NCBI GenBank assembly: GCA_012295275.1
Contig: CM022671.1
Location: 26,660,001 to 26,724,000, forward strand
Reading direction: 5' to 3'
Length of the DNA: 64,000 bases
From: Chrysomallon squamiferum
Taxonomy: Eukaryota > Animalia > Mollusca
The notes beneath the pieces are model-generated. The model saw only the letters and a list, made by a program, of their open reading frames with translations, was not told where the DNA came from and did no database searches. Position 1 is the stretch's first letter; every line of letters starts with the position of its first letter. Both the position numbers and the translations under genes were made by a program. This document shows, piece after piece, positions 13,681 through 27,739 of the stretch.

Positions 13681-15479
13681 GTATGAGTGACTCGTGGCTT
13701 TAATCTCTTCACACAAAGATCATTATAAAGTTGTGACTTCCTCTGAGTTGGCTAATCTCCTGAGTTGAAAACCATCAGTTCAAATCTATTGATCCGATGG
13801 GCTATTGAGTTCGTATAGACAACTTTGTGATCACTGCTTGTTGAGGGAGGTATGCCACTGATATGAAACAGAATCAGTTTTGATCATGCAGTGGTTTTGT
13901 TGTTGCTTTTATTCTTGGGTAATTTATGGGGTTGTCTGGTGATTATTTGAATGGTCCAGTTGTTGGGTTGAATAGTGCAGTAGTGATTACTGATGGTTGC
14001 TCAAATGCTACTGAAGCAGTTTCTCAAAGTTATAGTAGTGATAGTTGAAATAGTCCTATACTGACTGTCTTAATAGTACAATAGTATGAAAGTGAATTCT
14101 GAAATGATACTAAATTTTTATTTTTATTTAACCGATAGTGAAAGGAGTTTCTATAATAAACAGTGGTAGATTCAATGGGCTGAAAACAGTAATCTTTATC
14201 AAGTACTTACTGATTAAATTAATTTTTTGTTTCAAATTCTAATATTAACTTTGCAAGTGATGTATCAGAATTATTATTTTTTTTTATTAAAGGTTCACCA
14301 GTACCACTTTATTATTTAATGTCATTTTTGTATTAGTTTTCAGAGCATTTAAAAATTAACTGATTTAAATTCATTTGTATACAGTGACAATAACATGACA
14401 TACTGTTGGTATATCACATGTCTATTAAACAGCATTATTTTATTTATCTCAGCTGTAAACTACTTGTAATACCACATGACTGCGAATCACTTCATATTAA
14501 CACTGATCTCATTTGCAAGTCATTAAAATAATTGTCACCAATGAATAATGCTACAAACATTTACAACAACAGTTTATTAATTTCTGTTAAGTCTGCTTGC
14601 ACTGAGAAGTGTGCGTATATGTGTGTGTGACACAGTTTAGAGTGACATTTTCTTTCTTTGTGCAAAATTCAGGTTTATATTCTTTTATTAATGTCTTCTG
14701 GGAACTATGTCACCAGAAAAATGTCTTCGTTCAAATGCTTTATCTTATAATATGTCTTGCACCTGTAAGTTGGCATTAAAAGCAAATGGCAAAGATTATG
14801 ATTAAATGTCACAGTATATGAATTTTTTATTTTGAAAAAAAATGTTTTTGAAATATACTTTTTTTTCTTTTCTTTTTTTATAATTATAATGAATATATTT
14901 GGGGATTTATTTCTTTATATATTTTTAATATAATTTTAAAATATTTTTAAAATTATTTATTTATTTATTTATTTTTAATAAAATTATTTAAAAATTATTT
15001 ATTTGTTTATTTATTTTTAATAATTTCCCAATTTCTTTCATTCACTTTTCTGAAATAATCTCTTCAAGCCAGTAAGTAGAAAACAGCTCATAAAATATGA
15101 GTTTTTATTTTCTCTACAGTTGTTATCATCTGTATATATCTTGGGCTACAAGCCAGCTGGTTAAGTTTTCATGAGATGCCTGAACCTACTTAGATATGTT
15201 AAATAAGCTATGAAATGAGATTATTGCTACTGCTGAGAGCTACTGTAATTACTACTGTTATTGTAAAAAAAACTACTAATACCACTACAAATACTACAGC
15301 TATTACTGATACAATCAATTCCATGTATTATTTTTAGTGTTACTCCTTCTATTATTACTATTATTACTACATTCACCACCACTGTTACTATTCTTATCAT
15401 CTCTGTAATTCCTGATCTTCACATGGTTTGTCAAAAATAAAATAACAGTAACATGTTTCTTTCATTAATATCTTACATA

Positions 15480-16125
15480 TGAATTACAGAAAACAAAAGC
15501 AGGTATGCACACATCTTTTTCTTTCTATATTGTTTTTTTTTTCCATTTTTCTGCATCGTTTATTATCAAGAACAAAACCTTGGCAAAACAAGGTATTCAT
15601 TTTTCTCTTTATAATGAAATTTGTTTTTAAATATTTTTCTGCATCATTTATTATAGAGCAACAAAACACTGACAGTACTATACATCTTTATATATTCTTT
15701 TCTTTTAATTTTTCTGCTGTATTTATTATAGGGAATCAAACAGTATCTCTTTTAGTTATCTGTAATTATTCTCTGTAATTACATTTTTATTATTTTATTT
15801 TATTTTTTCTATTTCTTTGCATCATTTATTACACATCAAACAAGGCATTAACAACACAACAATCTTTATTTCTGCATATTTCTTTTCTTTTTATTTCTCG
15901 GCTTTTGTTTATCGCTGTAATTATATTGTTTGTTTGGTTTGTTGTTTTTTTTTTTTTTTTTTTTCTTTTCTTTCTGTTTCTTTGCATCATTTATTACAGA
16001 GAGAACAAAACACCGACAACACATCCTTTTTTTTCTCTTCACATTGTTTTCCTTCTATTTCTCTCCATCATCATTTATTACGAGGAGAACAAAACGTCGA
16101 CAGCACAACACATCTTTCTTCTTTT
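15480..16125. repeat. Degenerate ~80-90 bp tandem repeat (7-8 units)
   Basis: Core gCATCATTTATTAcagagAACAAAACactgacagcacaacACATCTTT recurs at about 15554, 15642, 15717, 15820, 15985 and 16069, separated by pyrimidine tracts. Confidence 0.75.
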
Positions 16126-16149
16126 TAACGTCTTCTTTCCATCTCTCTC

Positions 16150-16497
16150 TGCTTCATTAGCCGAAAGTGAGGGTCAGGCTGTGTGGCTGATTGTCGCTGT
16201 CACATTCGTGCAATTGTGATTGAATATTGTGTCACTGCTCAGTGCCAGTTGCCGCTTGTGCAATAAACATGATAAATCTCCCTGTCTTGTGCTTCATTGA
16301 TCTAGCCTCCTCGTCCCGGAGGAGCACAGTTTTGTTGCTGCTTGTATACGATTAAATAACAAAACACTCGCATGTACTGCAGCAGTTAGACAGCGATTTG
16401 GCCGTGCTACGTTTCTGTCAGGGATTTCTTCACAGTTTGCCTTCAACCGTTTCATCTGCCACTGCTTTATGTTACACCTGACTGGGGAACTGAGATG
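16150..16497 (+). promoter_or_regulatory. CpG-retaining element; candidate alternative promoter or first exon
   Basis: Many CpGs over 16070-16450, ending in donor-like GATG|GTAAAA at 16498. Confidence 0.35.
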
Positions 16498-17187
16498 GTA
16501 AAACTTTACACTGGTATTGTGATGTTTCCTTACATGTGTATTTGTTTTTGTTTTTTTGTATGTGTGTGTGTGTGTGTACAAGTTTGTCATATGTGCATTA
16601 CAAAAGTTATGTGTTACTTTAAAGTATTTTTAAATATTTTGATTATTTTATGTTCAGTTTATTGTTTAACAGCTGCTTATGGATTGTTAGAGAAGAAACA
16701 TATTGAAATAATCTTACCAGATATTTCATTCACTTAATAAAAAGTGAAAGTTATTTGAACTGTCCTATCAGAGTTTCTACACACATCAGATATATTACTA
16801 ATAATATTTAATTATTACTAATTTTCAATACATAGAAACATACATACGTATATTATTGCTACAGCAGCAAGTACTGAATAATGTTTTATTTTGTTACAGC
16901 AGTGCAGTGTTTGCATGTAGGCAGACAAAAACAGATGTCTGCTAATGATTTGATAACATAGCTGCATTATTTAACCTTGAAATCAATACTGTTTCAAAAT
17001 AATATTTTGTTTTAGTTACACACCTTTTTTTTAAAAACAGCAACAAAGAAAATTAAAAAATCAAAACAGTTGTTGTTGAATTAATTCAAAAAGTCAACAT
17101 TTAAATATAGTTGTGAATTCCCCCTGTCTTTATTAAATCACAACTGAGAATAAATGTATCTGTACACAGATAAAGTAAACATTATTA

Positions 17188-17378
17188 GAGTGTAGAGCAC
17201 TCATCAGCTCTGAGGGGCTAAGAGTTACACACAAAGGCTATATCCCCTATGAACTGTGGAAATAAATGCCTCACATACATAATTATAGTGTAGTAAACAC
17301 TGTGGTATGTGCTTTCCTATATATAAAAGATCACTTGATGCCAGTCACAGGAATAACCTCATGCAGTGGGAACAATTA
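17188..17378 (+). mobile_element. Degenerate SINE copy
   Basis: tgtggtatgtgctttcct-atatataaaagatcacttgatgc at 17301-17342 shares the same core; the upstream head is decayed. Confidence 0.5.
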
Positions 17379-17784
17379 TTTTTTTATCCAATATATTGAG
17401 GATATACAAAAAAAAATATGTGTAATAAATATTAATATAAACAGGTTTTTTTTTATTTGTTATCCATTCAGCCATGCTATCTGTTAAATCAGAAAATGTG
17501 TTTTATCTTCTTTACATCTATAGAGTTCATTTATATTTAAACATTTATTTATTTCTTATGATACATCTGATTATATGTTACATGGTTCTTGATTTTATTA
17601 CTTACTTAATCAAGCAGTAAATTTCTATTAATATTGGATGTGTTAAGTAATTGATTTGATGTACATACATGCTTTTGTAAGCCTTTCTCCTTACTATAAT
17701 TATTATCTCTGTCTCATAGTTTCTTCTGGGTACATAATCCAGGAGTCTTGCATTCAGTGATTTGAAAAAATATAATTATTTCTT

Positions 17785-17972
17785 TCAAAGGTTCAAGCAC
17801 ACATTTCTTGGTACTGTCAAGCCAATATACTATTTTGTTACCCCATTAATTAAAATATAGCTGTAATATACCTCCACAGCTGTCTGTGGGTAGAAGTCAG
17901 TGATAGGTGTTGATCCTAGGACCTGTTAGTTTAAAAACTGAAGGATTAACCAGTGTGCCACCCAGGCTGGCC
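17785..17972 (-). mobile_element. Degenerate tRNA-headed SINE of a second family
   Basis: Minus strand begins GGCCAGCCTGGGTGGCACACTGGTTAA (A-box-like) ... GGATCAACACC (B-box-like). The 3' boundary is approximate. Confidence 0.5.
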
Positions 17973-18608
17973 AAACCTTTTTCTGTTCTGAACTGGACAG
18001 TAAAAGCCACTAAGCCACACAAAATTATTTATAGACTTCTCTGTGGATTTCATGTTGAAACGTCATTACCTCTGTAGATTTGGTAATGCGGTAGTTTGTC
18101 TCAATTGGTTCAGGTTGAAGGTGAGGAATACCTGGTTACCACATCAAAGAGAAAACTGAACTGAGGCATGTTAAATGTGGTAAGAGACCATAAGAAGGGA
18201 TTAATTCGGCTTCTCCTTCTAGAATGATTTCCATGAACACCTGCCTGGTTGACAGGTGAATGACTTGTACCTGGGCTTGGTTGTGTTAGTCATAGTCAAA
18301 TAAAAAAAAAAAAAATATAGTATATGTTCAAAATATATATATATATACACATACATACACACGAAGGGCTTATTGCAAAAGTACTTAGAAATCATTTATC
18401 ACTTTTAAAGAAGGAAAAAAATAAAAGGATGTAAGATCTTTTACACTATCATTAAAAATTCAGAGATCCTTTACTACTGGATGCCAGTGATTTTACAACT
18501 GATTATGTTTTTCATCCTGAGGCAATGATTAAACACGACCAGTCAAGACTATGCATCAGAGTTAATTTTGTCAGAAGAGGATATAAACACTTTTACAACT
18601 GAGTTCTT

Positions 18609-18610
<2 letters not shown>

Positions 18611-18661
<51 letters not shown>
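18611..18661. repeat. (CA)n microsatellite
   Basis: Direct reading. Confidence 0.97.
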
Positions 18662-18663
<2 letters not shown>

Positions 18664-20990
18664 TTATCATACTATGCATGGTTCTGTGAAGAATATATAA
18701 AAGATCCGAAAAGATAAATTTTAAATATGTTTTTTATTCACCTTACAAAACAGCTTAAGCATTGCTGTTATGACACCTCAGAAAATATGTCCCGACTGTC
18801 TTTGTAACAAATCATCTGAAAAATGTTCATGGTGAATGCACATAATCACAGGTTCACAAACTACATGATGAATATATAAAGATGTTATCTCTGTTTTTCC
18901 TATAATGGGTTATTATCTTGTAAAATTACACAGACATGATCCATAAGTACTTAATGTTATATGCATGTATAAACAGATAAGAGCTCCGTTGTTTTGCTGT
19001 GGATTACAGGTGCCTGGTGTGGCTCATTGTACTGTGGTCAATAGTTTATTAGTTACCATGGAAGAAGTAAACAATTCAGAGGATGCTGATGTATTTTGTA
19101 TGTTAATAGCAACCTGCAGAAAATACTTAAAAGATTGCTTATCATTCTCTTTCTTATTTTTGTTTTTTTCCTTTTCTTATCTGATTAATTTTTATCAATT
19201 TTGGATGGTTCTTGAAGATAAAGATTAGAAAAGACTCACAATACATTGATTCCTGGATTCTTGTTCACAATTTTTACTAAGTATGGTTGGTTGCTGACTA
19301 CTCCACTGCAAAGCTAGACTAATGAAGCAAGACTCAAAGCTGCTTCTCTGTCAAGAAGTAATCAAGAAAACCTTTAATCACAAGCAATGTTAAATCACAT
19401 GCTGGACACAATTCTGTGTCTTGAACCATTCTGTCATCCAGTAAACTTACTGTTTAGGTAAAAAATAAACATTAATGAATTTGTGTCTTGCTCCTTTGCA
19501 TTATTTTAGAGCACATTGTGTAAATCCTTTATGTTTCAAACCTTCCAGAAAAACAGATTTACTGAATTTGTAAATACAGAATATAGTGTTGATCAACAAC
19601 TGATGAAATTAAAAGTAACCTGCTTGATCTATATTATCTTGACACAAAAAATGTATACCACATTTCATCTATCATTTAGTGTCACGGAAAGGAGTGAGAT
19701 TACAGATGTGCAATGGCATAATGCATAATGTGAATTTTACAGATTGCCTTGAAGTGATGCCAAGACTTCATTGCTTCATGGGATTAAACACGTATTGCAT
19801 TTCTTCTGTCAGTTTATGGTGATGGGTGTGAGTGTAATTGTTAACTACAGAGCACATAGTATCTTGAAGCAGTGCCAATGTCAGAGTGATAACATGCAGG
19901 TATTTGTTGAGGTTTTCTTATTTTAGTCTACCCGACAGGTATCTTTGAATGTACCTGTTGCTCCTCCACATACACACCTGCCTATCAAATGATATCTGAA
20001 ATGTCTATTTCTGTAAAAGTGCCAGCCACAGCTGATGAGATGTGCTTTAAATAACATGAACTAGAAGGTTGTTTTTACTCTGCTTTTTAATTTTCTTCTT
20101 CTTTCTAACCCCTATTGTTTGAAGTAATGAAAATTTTTATTTTTTGGAAAATGCATCTCTATATATCTTCTGCATATTTGTCCTCGATTTAGTCCAAAGC
20201 TAAAAATTCTTAATTTTGAAATTTGTGGCTAGCCCTAGGTTATTGGATTAATAACTCGGTGTGTATTTATTTCATGATTTCCGATTCCAGCCAATACCCC
20301 CATGAGACCATTTGGATGTGTTAATAAATAATAACAGATGCATTTTACAAAATTAATTCATGCATCACTTACCATCAATATAATACAGTAAAGACCTTAA
20401 AGTTAAATGTATTGAAGTATCGGTCTCCTGATACAGCTTTTCACACTGAGCAGACATATTTATCAGTATTATTATTTTTATATTGTATAGTTCATGCAAC
20501 ACTGTTATTTACTGTATTTAGCATAATAATCACACTTAATTTAAACTCACTGCTGTCACATTAAAAATATTATTACATCAAATAGAGTGGCATTAAACAA
20601 TGTACATGGTGTATCGTTCAGAATAATAACTGTTGTACCTGGATGGTGTATTCAATGCTGTAACATACTGCTGTGATACAGTAAACTCTATAATGTTCTC
20701 TGGTGTGGAATATCAAATACTATTACACCACCTGGTGTGACATTAAACAACATTTCCTCTCTTCTGGATCTGTATTTATACTACCGCATGTGTTATCACC
20801 AGTTTTTTCCCTTCTGTCTGGTGCACACCTACAGTTAACCCAAACATCCTGATCTTATTATGATACGCAACCAGTGTCTAAGCAGCTATTAATATTAATA
20901 GACGATATTACCTGTAGGTGACTCACTGCTGTGAAATAAAAATGACTGATTAAATTTCATTAAAGTTACACTTCAGCCATTAAAGATAAA

Positions 20991-21002
20991 ATAATGATAA
21001 TG

Positions 21003-21030
<28 letters not shown>
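20991..21030. repeat. (ATAATG)n hexamer repeat
   Basis: Direct reading; a similar tract lies at about 31903-31945. Confidence 0.9.
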
Positions 21031-21035
<5 letters not shown>

Positions 21036-21217
21036 TAAAATGAATATAAAGTTGAGACCTAAAATAAATGAACAGTTAATTATAATAATTTAATTTAATG
21101 TGTTAAATTGTATATATATTTAAAATATTTGTTTCCATTATTCAGAAGTGTGGGAAAAGCAATTATGTAAATTTTAAAGATTGTACACACAGGGCTAGCA
21201 GCTTGTTATGAAGGTCA

Positions 21218-21218
<1 letters not shown>

Positions 21219-21266
<48 letters not shown>
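21219..21266. repeat. (AC)n microsatellite
   Basis: Direct reading. Confidence 0.97.
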
Positions 21267-21268
<2 letters not shown>

Positions 21269-23127
21269 GGTTTGTGATATTATGTTAAGCTGTCTGCTCA
21301 TAAAAGTAATAAATTCTGCAGTTTGACCTTCAAAGCATAATTCACAAATGACCCTTTCATCTGGCCAACGTGTGCAATTATTTAGTCATTTGAAAGAGAC
21401 ATGTATTACATTCCTTGCACTCAGTGTTTGAAATATGTAATATTAATAGTAATAGGCAGTCAATTTGTACTTTGAATTTTTCTTTTTCTTTCTTTTATTG
21501 TTGTCTCTCCTTCTGTTTTTGTTTTTTTTGTTTTGTTTTATTCATTTTCATTTTATTTATTTATTTATTATTATCCTTTTCCCTGTTTCTTCTTCTATAT
21601 CTCCATATCTTTATTTAAAAAAAAAAAATTAAAATTATTAACACCTAAATGAAATAAGTACAAATGAAATTTTCCATTTTGTAACAGTTCTTTTCTATTA
21701 TTTAAAAAAAAAAAAAAAAAAAAAAGAAGAGAGATAAAAGAAAAAAGTAATAATAATAATAAAGTTTCGTGAATTTTTTCTTAAACAGCTTGAACCTAAT
21801 TATAACTGATTTTGTACAGATGGCAAACATAAATGCCGAACATAAACAGAGATTAAAAAAGAAATTTGAGACTAATTAAAAGTTTCAAGTTACATTATTT
21901 CTGCTAGCTGTTTTTTAACTTAGTAAAGACACAACTTGAAGACAGTAGTTGAAATTATTTATCTTAACGGAATGTATTAAATGTGTAACAGCTGGTAAAT
22001 GACTTTAATTATTGGTCAAGCATAAAATAAAATGCACACAGGCAAATAGACAAATATTTCATTTTAATGAAATAAAAACTTTTTATTTTTTTAATTTTTT
22101 TTTAAGATTTTCTTAGTTCAGTATATTACAATATATAAAATCAGTGACTAATATATAGCTACAAGCAGAAATGCCAAAAGACATAAGTAAAAAGTAAAAT
22201 TATCAATGATTTTTTTTTCTTTGAATTTCGGTAAATAAAGAACACACAATAGAAATTTTATTACTTTCTTAACAAATATTTTTTTAATTAGAAATAATTT
22301 TATGTTTATCTTCCATTAGTGATTCTGGATACACTTGTTACTGTTTTTGTTGTTTAAACATTTTTATTATGATGAATATCTGTTGTAATAATAATTATTA
22401 TTGTTAGTTATTTAGATTACTATTCTGTTAGTTATTATTATTCTCATTATCTTATTTACTTTTCGAAATGCCCAGTCCTGCATTCGGCTTTGCTGTAACT
22501 GATAATATTAATTAAAGAAGAAAAATTACTGTTTGTCGTGACCACTCTCATCAGGCACTTTTTTGCCACAATAAAGATAAACCGCAAGATGCTATCTCTT
22601 CCTCTGTCATTAAATATCAACTATAATCAACAGGATTAAGCCATTAAATAAATTATGTATCAGGATTCCATGCGAGAAGCCAATATTTGCACACTGGCTT
22701 TGCCTTGAAAAGGATGCTTAATAAGCCACGGTTTGGTTGTATATTGTTAAAAGATGATAAAAGAACAGTTACTCGTGAGATACGGTGTCGTATTGCTCCA
22801 ATCACCATTACATATATTGATTTCTCAATAACTCGCAGTATAGTCCTGGAGCTTTTATCACTTCTTGACCTTAGATAGTGGAAAGAATATTTTGTTCACT
22901 TCATTTTAATGGTACTGAGTCCTTTGTAGTATGTGTACATTAAAGTAAAATAAAACTACTTATTGGTAATTTGAATATTTTTATCTTTTTTTTTTTTTTT
23001 TTTTTTACCTTTTCGTTTTATACTTTTTGAAAAGAGATACATGGAAAACATTTAAAATGTACTTGAGCTTTCAGCTAATAGTAGGGTATATAGATGTACA
23101 AAGATACATCTTGCAATCCATTTAAAT

Positions 23128-23159
23128 AGAGAGAGACAGAGAGAGACAGAGAGACAGAG

Positions 23160-23200
<41 letters not shown>
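23128..23200. repeat. Compound (AGAGAC)n/(GT)n microsatellite
   Basis: Direct reading. Confidence 0.95.
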
Positions 23201-23201
<1 letters not shown>

Positions 23202-23272
23202 CTGTGCATGATGCATGCGTGAATAACCACAGTTTCCACATCTTATATAATGACTTAAGGAATCAAATTTCA

Positions 23273-23304
<32 letters not shown>

Positions 23305-25725
23305 CTTTTCTTTTTTTTTTTTTGGGGGGGGGATATTTATACTGCAATTTTTATATTACAAAATATTATTTTTTTTATTGTAATTTTTTTTCTTTCCATT
23401 TGATACTAGAATGTTATAAATTATTGTCAGTCTCAATAAGCATCCTAAACTGTAAGCAGAAACAGTAGCACAGATATAATTTAATTTGTCTTGGTATTAG
23501 GAAAATGCAGCTTCCTAAAAGCCATGTTTTTTTCCCATCCATATTGGTTTTCTGACTTGGGGGACTGTGTATTCTTTCATATCACAAACATTAAATATCT
23601 GTCCAGAATAATATGACCTTGGTTTTTCTTATTTTTAAAAAATATATATATTTTCTTATTTGTTTATTTTGCTTTTAGGTTTTGGGGGAAGTAAATAAAA
23701 TGAGAATGAAACAGCATGGAAGATAATTAAATTGAGATTGTTAATAGGAAAAGCTTTTCCAATGAAAATTAATACTGGCTGTGTATACTGTTTTGCCACA
23801 TTTACTCAATTCATTATGTATTCTTCTTCTTACGCCATTCAGTTCTATTCTTGTTTAGTTCAGTGAAAAACTGAATAGTTTATGTAAACAGAAATTTTAA
23901 AGTTTAATTACATGGCATCATAGGAATTTCATAATGATTATGTATACAATATACAGAAGTTATTTAGATAAGCTAACATCTCTTATTTAAAAGTTATATT
24001 ATGAATGTGCTATTTATTATAAATATTATCTGTGTTTGCTGTTTCATTTTCATATAAGCCATCGTCCCACATAATAGATATGTATGAATACATTTTGATT
24101 CCAAAGCTGTATCTGTGTATGTGGGTTTTGTTTGAATAAGCAAAATCATACTTCACTGATTAGGTTAGAAATGACAAAAGGTTCTGTTTTGACAAGAACC
24201 AGTAATATTTGTATAAACAGGAATTGTTAAAGCTGTCATTATGTTATATCAGAATAGCTTCTCTTTGACAAATGAAATAATAACAATTTCTCTGCATGCA
24301 GACTGTCAAATTTAAATAACTATACTGGCTTACAGTATAATTTAGAATGATTAATTAATGCAAAATAACTATATAGTGTCATCATATATTGTATAATATA
24401 TTCAATATTTAATACTTGTGTTATATACTTTACAATAAAAATAAATAAACAATACTGTACTAACTTCATCTCATTGTTTAATATAGTTATTAATTAACTT
24501 GTTACTTTATTAATGTAAAGTAATAACTTTAAATTACAGTATATTGTATATTAGTTATTTGATAGATGTATTATATACCTGATACAAAATATAACAATAT
24601 TCTCATTAATCTCTCTAATTATTTATTTGATTTAAAATAAACTACCCAACATGTTTTTAAGAAAACGCCTTGTACATATAGCAAACACTGAATATATTTG
24701 TCTATACAGTAGTTTTTTTTTTTTTCATTTTGAAAATCATATTTATCAGAGACTGTCACTTTTTCTGAAATCATATCTTTTTTTTTCTTCCAATATTCTT
24801 AACAATACATTGTAATGGATATATCTGAAAATGTTATTTATTTTTTTTGGTATAAATTTATGAAACTGATTTTATAAAAAAAAAAAATATAAAAAAATGT
24901 GAGTCACGTTGTATATCAGAAAATATGAGTCACTGAGTTTCTTGACATTGATCAATACATATGATTTATCACTACCCAATAAAACTTTAAAGTATATATT
25001 GAATTATTTTAAAATATTTTTTTTATGCTATGTAGATTTATTAGAATAAAATGTAATTAATTTTAAATTACTTTTATAATTTGTCAGTATGTGCTGAAAA
25101 ATGAGTCTGCATATTCCTTTGTGTCATCTGTATTTTTATGTTTTGGTTATTTGCCTGACCCTTGTTAATATATGCTTATCTCAGTATGGAGCAGAACTGA
25201 AAAATCTAAACTGTTGAAACATGAAATAACCGCAGAACATGTTCTCCTCTTGTTTTCCCCACCCACACTGGCAACCTCTGCATACAGCATCTGTTTGATC
25301 AACGTGCACCGATATTTTGGAATCACATGCTAGTGAGTGGTCAAGGTAAAACGAATCAAGTGATGATCTCCTGGTTTTAGCTTCATGAATAAAACATGTG
25401 GTCTGTTTGTTTTCAGGGTTAGTTGATGATCTTGGCTTTGGTCAGCTCAACAAAAGCTTTATCACCTGAAGCCTTGTGCAAAGTTTGATTTTCACACAGT
25501 TGCTGTATGGTGTGAGTTCGAATGAGGGCATGTTGTGTGGAATCTGTGAGGTTGAGTAGTGTTAACATCACCAGTACATCATGTCTGAATGTTTGGTGAA
25601 TGTATATGTGTATATATATATATATATACAGCAACTAACTGGGATTTTAAAAAAAATATTTGAACAGGTGATTGTCATACACATCATGGCACATGGTTGG
25701 ATATACTTGATTTTGTAAATTGTTA

Positions 25726-25789
25726 AATTTTAACTCTGGTTAATATTAAACATGTTCAATTTTAACTCTGGTTAATATTAAACATGTTC
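25726..25789. repeat. Perfect 32-bp tandem duplication
   Basis: aattttaactctggttaatattaaacatgttc x2. Confidence 0.9.
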
Positions 25790-26489
25790 TGAAGTTGAGA
25801 AACAAGAAATAACTGTAAACATATGATCACTGTTGTATTATTAAGTTTTAATGAAAAAGAAATTTTATTTTTTAATTCATATTAATATTGTGTGAAGAAA
25901 AAAGTCTTCATTCTTGAATAGGATAAAGAAAATACCAAATTAAGGCCTATTTCAGAAAATAATTATGTAAATAAAATAACAGTTATATTATCAAGAGTTA
26001 ATAAAATGGATATTTTTTAATGCAAGTAAATATTTTTGATAAGAAGATCATCTTTATTCTTGAATCAGCTAAAGACTAAAGACAAAATACCACAGTGAAG
26101 CAGTGAAATAAAAAAGATAATTGTGCAAACATGTTCATGGCAAGTGTTATATATAAAGTCTTATAACAGCACATTAAAACCGTTTCTGAGATCACCTCAA
26201 CTCTTTTGATCCTACCCATCTCACTGTTTACACACTTCCCTGTACAAGCGAGGAATGTAATCTGTGAAGTATTGTGTATGTGTGTGTGTTACTGCATGAT
26301 ATGACAGACTGTGTGTAGGGCAGACATCAAGGATTTGAAGCTTGTACATCAAAGTGGGAGTTAAAAGATCAATGTGCTATCACTGAGTGTGATGTAAAGG
26401 TGATAGAACAGATCTTCCAGTCCTGGCATCACTCGCCTGCCTTGCAATCCAGCATGATCTCTGATCATGACCAGCCATGTGCCATTACA

Positions 26490-26645
26490 CACAAACATAA
26501 TCAGCCAGCCAGGTATTCTGATACACTGTGATCCGTCAGATAGCCTATAAATAAAACATTAATCAGCCAATCATAGGTTTTGATCCTTTAGCCACCTATA
26601 AATAAAACATTAATGTTAGCCAGTCAGAGCTATAAATAAAATACT
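26490..26645. repeat. Short degenerate tandem repeat carrying CTATAAATAAAA three times and AGCCAATCA
   Basis: CTATAAATAAAA at 26545, 26596 and 26630; cagcca/agccaatca/agccagtca variants in each unit. Confidence 0.7.
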
Positions 26646-27739
26646 GATGATAGTGAATCATAAAAAATAAATAATAATAATTAATTACAAAAAAAAAAAA
26701 AAAAAAAAAATATAAAAATGAAGTTACTAATCTTTGAAAAACACTTAATAGCACTTTATCACTTTCATTTTTCATATAGTTTTATAATTTGCTCATCTGC
26801 TAAAGGTGATGTTTATTAACATAAGACTGTGTACTTGCTGTTGTTATCAGTCCAGACAGTCTGGCTGTTCCTCTTTTTATCAAAACTATGAAAAAAATCT
26901 TTTTTTAATATTTTTTTCATTCCAGAAAAGGTGTGTCTGTTCTTTCATTCAAAATAGCCATCTGGATTCCAGTAAAAATCTAATCCACATCCTTTTTTTT
27001 TCTTTTTTTTATCTTGGCTTACATACCCTTTAGTAGCAAATTGAAATTTGGTTACAGAAATTAGATTTGCTTGCTGTGTTTATAAACTTTTTTTTTTATC
27101 TGAGAAGAATTTGATTGCTGAAGCATGATTCACTTTGTTTTGTGGTGTGAAAATGCTTCAGGCAATAAGTCTGCTTCCAATGGAATCTATTTACTGTTAG
27201 TGAAACCACCAGAGGCTTCAGAATCAATAGGGAAAACACAACAGGAAGGATTGCAGTCGAGACTTGTTAACTTGATTTAAAAGGATTATGTAGATAACAG
27301 TGATATGATAAGAGTTGAAAATGATAAACTAAAGAACTGATTTGTTTGCTTTCTTTTTTATATACAGTTAGCAAAATAACATCAGATCTTGTTGATTTTG
27401 TCTGCTGCAATTAAAATTTCCTTTCTGATTTTAAAATAAATTAGAAAAAAAAACATTATTAAAAGGAAAAGACTTAAGTATAAAATCATTTACTGAAATT
27501 ATACCATTATTTTAACTTTAAAATGGCAAAAATTTGTTTTTTGGAATGAAGACATGATAGGAGAAATTCATTAAAAAAAAAAAAAAAAAAAGTTGAAATT
27601 GTAAACTTTCCACAAAGTGTTTTTCATTACAACTGTTCTACAGCATACTAAGTTCTTTAATTTTAATGCTGTATCTTTATACAATTTTAGCAAAACAATC
27701 TAGCCTTTTATAAACAGCACAAGAAACTAACTTTCAGAT

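Noticed and set aside
15480-16125. CRISPR-like repeat-spacer appearance (also 27740-28180)
   Set aside because: Repeats are highly degenerate, spacers are low-complexity and irregular, there are no cas genes, and the context is eukaryotic.
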